Origin: a virus
Length of the DNA: 64,000 nucleotides
Virus genome (UHGV): UHGV-0468246
Direction: 5' to 3' (one strand)
Part shown: piece by piece, positions 42,946 to 52,039 of the stretch
How positions within the stretch are numbered: the stretch's first letter is position 1
Layout of the letters: each line of letters opens with the position of its first letter
Position numbers and translations under genes: made by a program
The notes under the pieces: generated by a model
The model's database searches: none
The model's input: only the letters and a program-made list of their open reading frames with translations
Told to the model about the DNA's origin: nothing

Positions 42946-45296
42946 TATCGGATGGTGCGCGGGTTGCCGTTGTCGTCCCTCATGAGGTCGATGAGGGCTT
43001 GGTACTTCAGCTCCCATCGCAGCTTGTAGCCCATCCTCCCGTAACGTCGGGTCTTCAGCGTGACGAGCTTCATCACGCTTATGTTCTCCTCCTCCTCGGT
43101 GCACCCCAGCGCCCAGATAACGTCCGCAAGCTGCTCGACAACCGACGAGTGCGCGATGTCCTGCGCGGTGCCTATGCCGTCCTTCGCGTTCTTAACGCCC
43201 TCTCGCGTCATCTGGTGGAGCAGCAGCACCGGCATCTTCTGGTTGTCCGAAGGCGACGCTATGAGGTTCTTCAGCGTGTAGATGCAGTCAGCCGTCTGCT
43301 CGTAAAGCGACTGAATCTTCGGGTTCTTCTTCACGAACTGAAGCTGGTCGATCACGACGAAGTTGCATCCGCACATCTTGGCGTTCTGGATGAGGGCGCT
43401 CGGCGTGCGCTCCGGCATGGGAGGCTGGTCGATGACGAGCTTTCCGGGCAGGCCGCCTATCTCGTCGCGCGCCCTGTCGAGGGCCTGAACGTAGCGCGGC
43501 ATCTCGATGCCCTTCAGGAACTTATCGACGGGAACCACGATCTGATCGCGGTTGACGTGCAGAAGCTCCGTGCGCCGCCCGATGTCGTAGGGGTCTAGCT
43601 CCAAGCTGGCGAAGTAGACGTTCCACCCTTGCCGCGCCGCCTCCAAGGCGGTCTTGGCGGCGAACCACGTGTTGTGCGTCACGATGTAATCGTCCGTCAG
43701 GTAAAGATGCTCCGGGTCGTCAACCATGATGCATTGCATCTCCGTGTCGAAGCCCAAGTCCTCGACATCGACTATCGAGACGTAGCGGTGAAGGAACTTG
43801 CGATTCGCAACGGCATCGTGCGCGCGCTCGCGACATTCGTGCTTGCCGGATGACGTGATGCTTTCGGCGGTCATCACCGACACAACCCATTCGTCCGACT
43901 TACCGGCACGGCGTTTCATTCGCGCCCGCGCGCACATTCCCAGCGAGCGGCACAACGACACGACATCATCAGCAAGCCTCTTTGAAGCCGTCGAGTAGGT
44001 CTTGCCTCCGTTGCCCATCATGCACCCGTCCGTGTCCATAAGGCCGCGAAGCAGGTCAAAACGCTGCTCTGCCGATGCTCCAAGGTAGTCGGCTGGAATG
44101 AACTTCTCATAAGATTTCACGTTCAGCCCAAGATCGACGACCGCGCTTGAAAGCGGGTTCATGTTCCACTTCGGCAGGTACGATATTCCATAAGAGCAGT
44201 TATCGGCGTTGACCTTCTTGACAGCGTAGTCTTCGCCCAGTCTCTCGCAAAGACTGTTCACCACATCGTCCTCGACGCTCGAAAACGCAAGCGAGCCTCC
44301 GGGAACCTGTGATAGGCATCCGTCGCCGATGAGCACGCCGAGCACGTAGGGGTCGATTGGAAGCTCCTTGCGCGACATCTCAACGGCATCATTGACCGGC
44401 ACCCTCCAACGATACGCCTTGCCGCTCATCAGGCCACGCGCGATCATCTCGCCGAGCGTCATGGTGCGCTCCGAAACGCAAGGAATGCCGTTCGCCTTCG
44501 TCTTGTACGCCGTCGTCCACAAATGGTCGATGCAGCAATCGGCATGTCGCCCGTCGGCAAGATGCACCCGGTACGCACGCTTTTTGCCCTGCGGGTACAC
44601 TCCTATAACCCGTGCAAGCGTGCCTCGGCGCGTTCGCACCTTGTCGCCTACGCGAATCTCGCCCATCGGCTTGAACCCATGCTCCGTGAGAACCTTCGAG
44701 TAAAGCGGCTGGGCCTTGCCCTTGCCCGTCGGGGCGACGAGAACCGCAAGCTCGCCGGGCTTGATGCCGCCCGTCTCCACGTTCAGCTCCTCGAAGGGGT
44801 ACGGCGCGCCGACCTCGGCCAGCTTCGCGTTCGCCATCTTCTTGTACAGCTCCATGCTCTCGCCGTCGCCGTACACGATCTTCTGCTGCCTCGGCGTTAC
44901 GTTGTCAACGATCACGGACAGGGTGTCGCGCAGCATCTTCACCTTCTGCTCCGCGTCAAGCCCCATGTTCTCAACGCCCATGCGCAGCGCGTCGGTAAGC
45001 TGGAACTCGCAGTACTGGTCTTTGAGCTTCTTCGACAGGTACGACGGCGCGGCACCTGCCGCCCCCTGCGTCAGCGCGTCGTAGTCGGGGAACCGCTCGC
45101 GCAGCACGTCGAGCGTGGGCGCTCCCCTCATGGCCGCGAAGTTCAGGAAGTAGTCGCTGGCGAAGCTGTACATCTCCGCCATCTTCGGGTCGGCGAACTG
45201 CGACGCGTCGATGCCCGACTGGTAGTAGACCATGAGGGCGTTCGGGTCGGTCAAGGTCGCGGCGATCTCCGTCTCTACGTCGAGGGCCATTACCAT
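42945..45296 (-). CDS. dnaB: DnaB-family replicative helicase interrupted by an intein
   Basis: Start MVMALDVE (ATG at 45296). The first ~210 aa of the track ORF 42945..45926 are an Arg-rich shadow of the upstream gene. Joining VLVAPTGKGK to TWFAAKTALE restores a Walker A GKGKT. Confidence 0.8.
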   Translation of the reverse strand: MVMALDVETEIAATLTDPNALMVYYQSGIDASQFADPKMAEMYSFASDYFLNFAAMRGAPTLDVLRERFPDYDALTQGAAGAAPSYLSKKLKDQYCEFQLTDALRMGVENMGLDAEQKVKMLRDTLSVIVDNVTPRQQKIVYGDGESMELYKKMANAKLAEVGAPYPFEELNVETGGIKPGELAVLVAPTGKGKAQPLYSKVLTEHGFKPMGEIRVGDKVRTRRGTLARVIGVYPQGKKRAYRVHLADGRHADCCIDHLWTTAYKTKANGIPCVSERTMTLGEMIARGLMSGKAYRWRVPVNDAVEMSRKELPIDPYVLGVLIGDGCLSQVPGGSLAFSSVEDDVVNSLCERLGEDYAVKKVNADNCSYGISYLPKWNMNPLSSAVVDLGLNVKSYEKFIPADYLGASAEQRFDLLRGLMDTDGCMMGNGGKTYSTASKRLADDVVSLCRSLGMCARARMKRRAGKSDEWVVSVMTAESITSSGKHECRERAHDAVANRKFLHRYVSIVDVEDLGFDTEMQCIMVDDPEHLYLTDDYIVTHNTWFAAKTALEAARQGWNVYFASLELDPYDIGRRTELLHVNRDQIVVPVDKFLKGIEMPRYVQALDRARDEIGGLPGKLVIDQPPMPERTPSALIQNAKMCGCNFVVIDQLQFVKKNPKIQSLYEQTADCIYTLKNLIASPSDNQKMPVLLLHQMTREGVKNAKDGIGTAQDIAHSSVVEQLADVIWALGCTEEEENISVMKLVTLKTRRYGRMGYKLRWELKYQALIDLMRDDNGNPRTIR
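43659..44714 (-). mobile_element. Intein (~352 aa) in the DnaB P-loop with a LAGLIDADG homing-endonuclease domain
   Basis: Begins with Ala (AQPLYSKVLTEHG...) right after GKGK. Contains LGVLIGDGC and LLRGLMDTDGC LAGLIDADG-like motifs. Ends ...YIVTHN followed by Thr. Confidence 0.7.
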
Positions 45297-46231
45297 ATCC
45301 TCCCGCCGCGTCGGCGCTCGCGCGCTTTCTCGCGCATGTCCTCGCCGTCCACGCGCACGAGGTCGAAGCTCTCCGTGAACAACGATAGGACGTACTTGTT
45401 GTAGGCGGTCTCCAACCCCGAAGGGCACGACAGGTTCGTCGTGACGATGGTGGGCCGCGACTGCTGCGTGCGCACGCGCAGAAGGTTCTCGATCTGCCCT
45501 ATGGCGTAGTCGGTGCCCTTCGCGCCGAAGCCTCCCTCTATCTCCTTGCCGAGGTCGTCTAGGACGAGGACGCGGGCAGCGTCTATCTTGCGCTTGTACC
45601 ACTTCGCGTACTTCGCGTTGTTCCACCCCCGCTTCGTGTTCTCGATGTAGTCCTTGGCCGTGGTCATGTAGCACTCGATGCCGCGCCGCACGGCCTCCTT
45701 CAGGGCGAAGGAGGCGAGCATCGTCTTCCCCGTGCCAGCCTTGCCGAACATGACGAACCCGCGCCCTTCGAGCATGTTCACGTCGAGCGCGTCGATGTAT
45801 CCCTTCACGAACGCCTGCGCGTTCCGGTCTCCGAAATAGTCGTTCCAGTTCAAGCGCTGGTAGGTGAGGCCGATGCCCGCGTTCAGGTAGTGCTTGTAAC
45901 GCTGTAGCTGGTCGGCGCAGTTGCACCGCATCAGCGCGCCGTCAACGACCACCGTGCCGTCCACCCCCTCGCCGCAGTTCTTCATGCAGGTGGGGCAGAA
46001 GTACAGGTGGCTCGCTCCGAGGTCGGGGTAAACCTCGTACAGCTCGTCAGCGTCGTCCTGCGACAGCGCCATGTCCACGAGGGCCGAATCTTCGAGCCTC
46101 CCCGTCACATCCATAGGTTCTCCTTGCCCTCGTCCGCCTTCAGCTCCGTCAGCGCAAGATCGGTGAGCCACCGGAATCGCTTCGAGAACATTTCCTTGCC
46201 AACGGGGTTCCCGCGGTTGCGCCCCTTCCAC
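45290..46231 (-). CDS. DnaC / IstB-like AAA+ helicase loader
   Basis: Walker A FGKAGTGKT, Walker B VLVLDDLG, TTNL motif. Its stop overlaps the dnaB start within ATGGTAATGG. Confidence 0.7.
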   Translation of the reverse strand: MEGAQPREPRWQGNVLEAIPVAHRSCADGAEGGRGQGEPMDVTGRLEDSALVDMALSQDDADELYEVYPDLGASHLYFCPTCMKNCGEGVDGTVVVDGALMRCNCADQLQRYKHYLNAGIGLTYQRLNWNDYFGDRNAQAFVKGYIDALDVNMLEGRGFVMFGKAGTGKTMLASFALKEAVRRGIECYMTTAKDYIENTKRGWNNAKYAKWYKRKIDAARVLVLDDLGKEIEGGFGAKGTDYAIGQIENLLRVRTQQSRPTIVTTNLSCPSGLETAYNKYVLSLFTESFDLVRVDGEDMREKARERRRGGRIW

Positions 46232-46467
46232 TTCGAGAAGACGAACCGAGTTATCCTCGCCGCGTCCTCCGCGCCGTAGTCGCGGACGAACTGCTGCACG
46301 CTGCGCATCACCGGCGCGGTGAACATGGTGCGCTGCTGCATGGGGTCTACGTTGAAGAACTCGATGTAGCCCTTGCGGAAGATGTCGAACACCTTCCTCG
46401 CGTCGTCGTCCGTCGCGTATATGTTATGCGGTGTACCCGCTATCGCCGCCAAGTCCACTGGCATCAC
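46105..46467 (-). CDS. Hypothetical protein (120 aa)
   Basis: ORF. Confidence 0.4.
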   Translation of the reverse strand: MMPVDLAAIAGTPHNIYATDDDARKVFDIFRKGYIEFFNVDPMQQRTMFTAPVMRSVQQFVRDYGAEDAARITRFVFSKWKGRNRGNPVGKEMFSKRFRWLTDLALTELKADEGKENLWM

Positions 46468-46915
46468 ACACCTTGCCTATAACGTCTGCGGCCTCCTCCG
46501 GCCCCAGCTCCAACACAACCCCTCCGAAAGGCCCCCACAGGCTCTCTCCGACCTTGAAAACGAAGTCCAGAGGGAAGGCACCGTAAACCGCCTCATGCTC
46601 CTCTAGCAGCGTCCTGTACGGCTCGCCGCCGTCCGTGAGGTCTGCAACGTCGAACGGCGTGTCCCGGTGCACGACCAGCTGCAACGGGCGGTACAGATGG
46701 GCGAGGCCGCGCACGGCCTCGTTGACCATCATCGCGTCGCATAGGAGCTGGTTCACCGAGAAGGCCGCTGCGGCCACGTCGCCCATGGCGAACGGGGTCT
46801 TCCTGCGGTACACCTCGAACACGCTGTTCGCATGCCTCACGCAGGGGACGAACCGGCGGGCGAACGCCGCGCGCTCCAACGCGTCCCCTCCCGTCACGGC
46901 CACGTTGAGAATCAT
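46424..46915 (-). CDS. Hypothetical protein (163 aa)
   Basis: ORF. Confidence 0.4.
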   Translation of the reverse strand: MILNVAVTGGDALERAAFARRFVPCVRHANSVFEVYRRKTPFAMGDVAAAAFSVNQLLCDAMMVNEAVRGLAHLYRPLQLVVHRDTPFDVADLTDGGEPYRTLLEEHEAVYGAFPLDFVFKVGESLWGPFGGVVLELGPEEAADVIGKVCDASGLGGDSGYTA

Positions 46916-47223
46916 CGCCGCGCCGCCGCCTGCTGCTGCGCGAGCATCGCCTTGTTGGCGATCTTCTGCGCGATGCTGTCTATCTCCTCCTCGCAGATGG
47001 CCTCGCAGTCATGGTTCATCTGGTGCATGACGGCGGCGAGGTATTCCGTTGGCGGGTAGCCGGGGCCGATCTTGGCCGTCAGGGCCGCGCCCTTCTTTAT
47101 CCAGTCGCCGTTGGGGGACTGGATGGAGAAGTTCACGCTTATCTCCGCCTCGACATGGTACACGCCGAGCTGCGCCGTGGTCTGCGGCTGGCCCTGCTGC
47201 GGCGCGGTCTGCTGCCCCTCCAT
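46912..47223 (-). CDS. Hypothetical protein (103 aa)
   Basis: ORF. Confidence 0.4.
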   Translation of the reverse strand: MEGQQTAPQQGQPQTTAQLGVYHVEAEISVNFSIQSPNGDWIKKGAALTAKIGPGYPPTEYLAAVMHQMNHDCEAICEEEIDSIAQKIANKAMLAQQQAAARR

Positions 47224-47224
47224 G

Positions 47225-47845
47225 CTACTTCACCACCAGAGACGATGCGATCTTGCCTTGCGCGGCGGCCTTCTCGTCGGCCTTGGAGAACTGGCGCAGC
47301 ATGGTCTTGAAGGTGGCGGGGACGCTCACGGAGACCTCCGGGTCGTCGAACAGCTCCTTCGGCACCTTCAGGTTCTGGCCGAGCATCGCCTGCTCCAACT
47401 TCGCCTCGTCGATCTCGCGGGGCATCGAGACGGGGCGCGTGACCGACTTGAAAGCGTCCCAAGCCCTGCCGCTGCGGTCGTTGATGTCCTCTTCGTAGAG
47501 GCGGCACAGACCGGCGAGAAGCCCCTGCTCGGTGATGTCAACGGCCTCCTTGCGCGCGAACTCGCGGCACACCTTCTTCTGCTCCTCCATGCCGTACACG
47601 GACACGGGGGTTCCGTTGTCGGTGTACTCCTCCGTGAGGCGCGCCGCCTCTTCCTTCATGGCCTCGTATTCGAGTTCGGCGATCTCCGCCGCCTTCTTCT
47701 TCTCGGCGTACAGCTTCACGAAGGCGTTTGCCTTCGCCGGGTCTGACAGGTCTTTGGGCTGGTAGTCTTGGATTGCGAGGACTTCCTTGCCGACCTTGAT
47801 GATCTCTGCCATCGTTCCATCTCCTTTTGTTGGTTGCAATGACAA
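47225..47845 (-). CDS. Hypothetical protein (206 aa)
   Basis: ORF behind AAGGAGATGG. Confidence 0.45.
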   Translation of the reverse strand: MSLQPTKGDGTMAEIIKVGKEVLAIQDYQPKDLSDPAKANAFVKLYAEKKKAAEIAELEYEAMKEEAARLTEEYTDNGTPVSVYGMEEQKKVCREFARKEAVDITEQGLLAGLCRLYEEDINDRSGRAWDAFKSVTRPVSMPREIDEAKLEQAMLGQNLKVPKELFDDPEVSVSVPATFKTMLRQFSKADEKAAAQGKIASSLVVK

Positions 47846-47873
47846 GTCATATGTTAAACGGTCTCGCGACCGT

Positions 47874-47909
47874 TGTAAAGATAAAAGTTAAGAATAAAAG
47901 TTAAGACTT
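47874..47909 (+). repeat. AT-rich motif copy, plus orientation
   Basis: GTAAAGATAAAAGTTAAGAATAAAAGTTAAGAC. Confidence 0.5.
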
Positions 47910-48249
47910 ACTGCACGACATCCCATGTCTCGCCGCCGTCTGCGGACTGCGTGATGAAGGTGCTCGGCGGGAAGTTCGCGACGGCGTAGTCAACCATCGC
48001 CTTCAGCTTGGACGGGTCTCGGTCGAATATCTCGAAGCCGATCTGCGGGGCGCTCCCCGACTGCGCCATCACGGCCAGAAGCTCCAAGCCGGTGCAGGTG
48101 ATGCAGTCCCACGAGAAGGCCAGCCAGCCGATGCCGTGGTTAAGCTCTACGGCGCGGGGGTCGTCCGTCCACACGTAGTTCGTCCTCATGTTCTCCGGCG
48201 TGCGCGCCAGCCACACGTTGATGCGCGCCGCTACGAATCTGCGTCCCAT
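47908..48249 (-). CDS. Hypothetical protein (113 aa)
   Basis: ORF. Confidence 0.4.
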   Translation of the reverse strand: MGRRFVAARINVWLARTPENMRTNYVWTDDPRAVELNHGIGWLAFSWDCITCTGLELLAVMAQSGSAPQIGFEIFDRDPSKLKAMVDYAVANFPPSTFITQSADGGETWDVVQ

Positions 48250-48258
48250 TCCCGCTCC

Positions 48259-50019
48259 TTAAAAGCCGAGTAAGTATTCCATGTCGTTCATCATATCATT
48301 CTCGCCAGCCGCTTCATACTCGCCTATGCCCATCTCCTGCGCCAGCGCCTTGCGGCCCGCCATGGTCTCCTCTATGCGCTCCTCGATTGTGTCGCGCGTC
48401 ACGAAGCGGTATATGGTCACGCAGTCGTGCTTGGAGCTGATGCGGTGGATGCGGTCGCTGCGCTGCTGGTAGCGCGAATGCAGCGGCGGCGTGTCGTAGT
48501 GGAGCAGGTAGCGCCCCTCCGGAAGGTCTATGCCCTCGCGCCCAGCGTCGGACATGAGCATGAGGTTGTAGGTGCTCCCCTCTCGGAAAGACCGCTCGAT
48601 CACGCCGCGCTGCGCGTCCGTCTGCCCTCCCATGTACATGAGCGGGCGGTAGCGCTCCAAGTGCTTCGACAGCGGTATGAGGCAGTTGTGCGTGTGCTGG
48701 GCGAACACCACCATCTTCTCGCCGCCTCCCATGATCTGGTCTACCAGCTCCTCGGTCGCCTTCAGCTTCTCGCTGTTCTTAGACCCCGCAAGCTCCGGCG
48801 CGTGGCGCTGCACTATCCGGCGAATCTCGCGCAGCTGCTCGTCCCAGAACGGGTTGTCGCCTTCGTAGCGCCACACGTCCTCCATCAGAAGAACCTCCGG
48901 CATCCTGCACACGCGCTGAAGCATGAGCATGAACAGCGAGCGCTGCTTCTCGTCCCGGTCTACGCTGCCGCCGTACGCGGCGATCTCGTCGTACAGGGCG
49001 CGCTCCGGCGGCGACAGCTCCAAGTCAAGCACGATCTCCTGACGCTTGGGGAACTCCGCCGCTATCTCCGGGTTGGTCTTCTCCGCCATGAACACGCGGG
49101 GAGCCGAAAGCAGCCCCATAACGTCGAGGTTCTGGAAGCCGAGGTAGCGGTTCCACATGTCGCGCTCGCCGTTGCCGTACGTGAAGTAGTGCTCGAAGTC
49201 CTTCACGGTGCCGTAGATCGAGGCATCGAGGATGCGCCATTCGTTGTAGTAGTCCTCCGGGCTTTTCTCCAACGGCGTGGCGGTCAGGCCGCACTTGAAC
49301 CTGATGTCGAGCGTCTTTTCCAGCTTCTTGAACTTCTGGTGGCGGGGCCGCGCTCGGCTCTTCAACCGCTGAACCTCGTCGTACACGAAGAAAAGGTGCT
49401 TCCCGCGCAGGGCGCGCTCTATGAAGTTCCAGTCCTTCGTGTTGGTTCGGTCGTAGTTGACGACCCATATGTCGGAATCGTCGGTGTTGTACCACGCTTG
49501 GCGCTTCGCGGGCTTCGCGTTGCGGTTGACCGTGCCGACCGTCAGGCTCGTCGCCTTCTCCAACCACGGCACCCACTGCTTGACGAGCGGGGCCGGGCAG
49601 AACACCACGATCTTATCGACGGTGCCACGGTCGAACTCGCGCACGGCGAGCATCGTCCCCATGGCCGTCTTCCCCGTCCCGCACGAGCATATGAGCATGG
49701 TGTTGGGAACTCCGTCGAGCGCGTGGCCGCATCTGTTCTGAAACCTCTTCAGCTCGAACGGGAGCGTGAGGGACGGAGATTCGATGGGCGATTCGTCGCG
49801 CACCTGCCGCAAGCGCTCCGCCGCCCGCTCCGTGAACATGACCTCCATCGTCCTCGCCATGGTCTGGCACAGCTCGACGATGCGGTCGGAGTTCTTCAGC
49901 AGATGGTCGCGGGCGAGTATCCCGCTGTGGACGAACGGCATCAGCGCCGCCTCGTCGCCGTTGATCTTGAACTGCCCTCGGAACTCCTCGGACAGGTCAA
50001 CGCAGACCGTCTCTTTCAA
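48259..50019 (-). CDS. SNF2 / DEAD-like superfamily 2 helicase
   Basis: Walker A CSCGTGKT, DEAH-like YDEVQ, motif III LTATP, and C-terminal helicase motifs (...RIHRI...). Confidence 0.75.
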   Translation of the reverse strand: MKETVCVDLSEEFRGQFKINGDEAALMPFVHSGILARDHLLKNSDRIVELCQTMARTMEVMFTERAAERLRQVRDESPIESPSLTLPFELKRFQNRCGHALDGVPNTMLICSCGTGKTAMGTMLAVREFDRGTVDKIVVFCPAPLVKQWVPWLEKATSLTVGTVNRNAKPAKRQAWYNTDDSDIWVVNYDRTNTKDWNFIERALRGKHLFFVYDEVQRLKSRARPRHQKFKKLEKTLDIRFKCGLTATPLEKSPEDYYNEWRILDASIYGTVKDFEHYFTYGNGERDMWNRYLGFQNLDVMGLLSAPRVFMAEKTNPEIAAEFPKRQEIVLDLELSPPERALYDEIAAYGGSVDRDEKQRSLFMLMLQRVCRMPEVLLMEDVWRYEGDNPFWDEQLREIRRIVQRHAPELAGSKNSEKLKATEELVDQIMGGGEKMVVFAQHTHNCLIPLSKHLERYRPLMYMGGQTDAQRGVIERSFREGSTYNLMLMSDAGREGIDLPEGRYLLHYDTPPLHSRYQQRSDRIHRISSKHDCVTIYRFVTRDTIEERIEETMAGRKALAQEMGIGEYEAAGENDMMNDMEYLLGF

Positions 50020-50050
50020 CGCGCCTCCATCTCCCTTGGTTTTCCTCTAG

Positions 50051-50086
50051 TGTAAGACAAGAAGTTAAGAAAATCAAGTAAAAGAA
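50051..50086 (+). repeat. AT-rich motif copy beside the terminator hairpin at 50087-50115
   Basis: GTAAGACAAGAAGTTAAGAAAATCAAGTAAAAGAA, then GAACCCCCTCGG-attg-CCGTAGGGGGTTC. Confidence 0.55.
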
Positions 50087-50115
50087 GAACCCCCTCGGAT
50101 TGCCGTAGGGGGTTC
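50087..50115 (-). terminator. Rho-independent terminator after the tail gene
   Basis: 11-bp stem hairpin, followed on the minus strand by the T-rich TTCTTTTACTTGATTTTC. Confidence 0.6.
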
Positions 50116-50168
50116 TCGGCGCTCATTCAAGCAAGGAGATGGAATCACGCCTCGCTCATTATACCTCA

Positions 50169-52030
50169 TCAGAAGAAGGAATACATGTAGTTTATCGTGT
50201 GCGTCGTGCTTCCCCCGACCGCGCTCTTGTACGTCACGACTATCTCGCCGTGCGAAAGGTCGATGGATGCCGGGAATGTCAGCGCTATGTCCTTCCCGAC
50301 CGTGGCCGTTATGCCCGTCTGGGCCGTCTCGGAGCCGGGGTAGAAGCCGTTCACCTTGACCGACGATATGAAGGCCGTCGGCAGGACGGAGGGGTCGTAG
50401 CTCGCCTCCCCTTCGTATATGACGTACGCGCTGACGTGTATGGTGCGCGCCTGCACGCCGATCATGTTGAGCTGGTCGGTGACGCGCAGCCCGTCGGGGC
50501 CGACGTAGTACACGTCCGCGTAGCTGGCGATGGCGTTGAACCTCGCGGTCTTCGCCGCCACTCCGGGGAAGGTGATTCCGAGCGTGTTGTTCGAGGTCGT
50601 CGCCGTCCCCTTCCAATGCACGAGGTAGTCGTTCCCCGCCACCGTCTCGAAGTCGGTGAGCGTCTTGGAGAACGTCGGCTTGTAGGCGCTCATGTACTTG
50701 TCGTGGACGCTCTTCACGTCCCCCGTTGACAGGCTCAAATGCGGGTTCAGCAGCACGTAGGAAGACGTGCTCCATATCGCCGCGCCGAAGCTGGCGCTCG
50801 GAAGGTAGAACTCGGCTCCGTCCATACTGCCCTGCGCGTCAGAATAGTAGAAGTAGCCGGGGTCGAACGCCGTGATGGCGGCCAGAGAGCTTGTTATGGC
50901 GAGCGTCGCCGTGCTCTGGTTCACCTTGACCGTGAGCGTCGCCGTGCCAGCGGCCACGTAATCGACGGAGCAGGTCTTGCCGACGGTCATGCGGAACGCC
51001 GTCGTGTTGCTTATCGTCCACGTCGCCGCCGACGAGCCGTTGCGCGTGTCGTACCGGATGTCGCCGATGACGTAGGTCGCGTAGAACTCGTTCGTATAGC
51101 TCACGTAGTCCGTCGCGCCGAGACGGTTGATCTTCAGCTCCTTTATGTGGGGGTCGAGCGCAACGCCGGAGCTGTCGATGGCGGAGACCGTGTACGTCTT
51201 GGAAGGGTCGTAGTTCTCCAACTGGTAGGAGGTGAGGCGCGTCTTGCCCACCAGCTCGTCGTCCGCGTAGATGTAGTAGACGAACACGCCGTTGCCGCCC
51301 TTCGCCTCCGTCCACGTCGCATAGCCGACAATCGACACGGCGAAGTCGCTCTCGCCGTCTGCGGTGTTCCACGTGAGCGCGTCAGGCGTTCCGAGCTGGT
51401 AGTCGGGCTGCGGTATGAGGGCGAACGCCTGAAGCCATTCCTCCGGGTTGTTGCTCATGACGCGCGCCTTCAGCGTGTTCGTCGGGCGCGGGAGCGTCAT
51501 CCGGGAGTAGGCCTTGTTCGGAAGGTCGTACCACTGGTACCACTTGTTGCCGCCGTCCGGGCTGAACTCCCACAGGAGGTTCGAGTAGAGGAACATCGAG
51601 TTGTCGAACCACGCGGTTCCCGCGCCGGTCGTGTACAGATCGAACGAGAGGCCCACGCTCTCCGTGGTGTCGTCGTTCTTGCCCCAGCTGCGCCCCTTCT
51701 CCATCTCCTGCGGGTAGTAGCCGAACGTCTGGCGCGTATGGTACTCCGGGCCTTCGCCCTGCGGGCCGATCTCGTCGAGGACGGCGAACATGTTAGCGCC
51801 CGTCGTCGCGCGCGGGTCGGTGGGCGGCTCGAACGTGGGTGTCCACGCCGACTTGGTGCGGGCGAAGAAGCGGGCGGCCTCGTCCACCGTCTTGCGCTCG
51901 CCGATGCCGGTCTCCACCGACGGGTCGAACACGTTGTAGGAGTATTCGCCGAGCCGCCTCTGCCCGTAGCGCACCATGCGCACGAAGCCCTTGGCGGGCT
52001 TCCCGTCCTCGAAGCAGTTTCCTATCCTCA
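50169..52030 (-). CDS. Tail fibre / receptor-binding-like structural protein (~620 aa)
   Basis: Likely start MRIGNCFEDG just after the stop of the upstream gene (52040). The N-terminal 100 aa of the track ORF 50169..52352 are an overlap shadow. Ser/Thr/Gly/Tyr-rich, beta-rich composition. Confidence 0.45.
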
Positions 52031-52039
52031 TCGTAGGGT

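Noticed and set aside
45297-45926. N-terminal 210 aa of ORF 42945..45926 (the DnaB track ORF)
   Set aside because: Arg-rich out-of-frame overlap with the DnaC-like loader gene. DnaB begins at the ATG at 45296.
8798-50086. The AT-rich repeats as a CRISPR array
   Set aside because: Copies are scattered over 40 kb in both orientations with gene-sized, irregular spacing and variable sequence. There are no regular repeat-spacer units and no cas genes.
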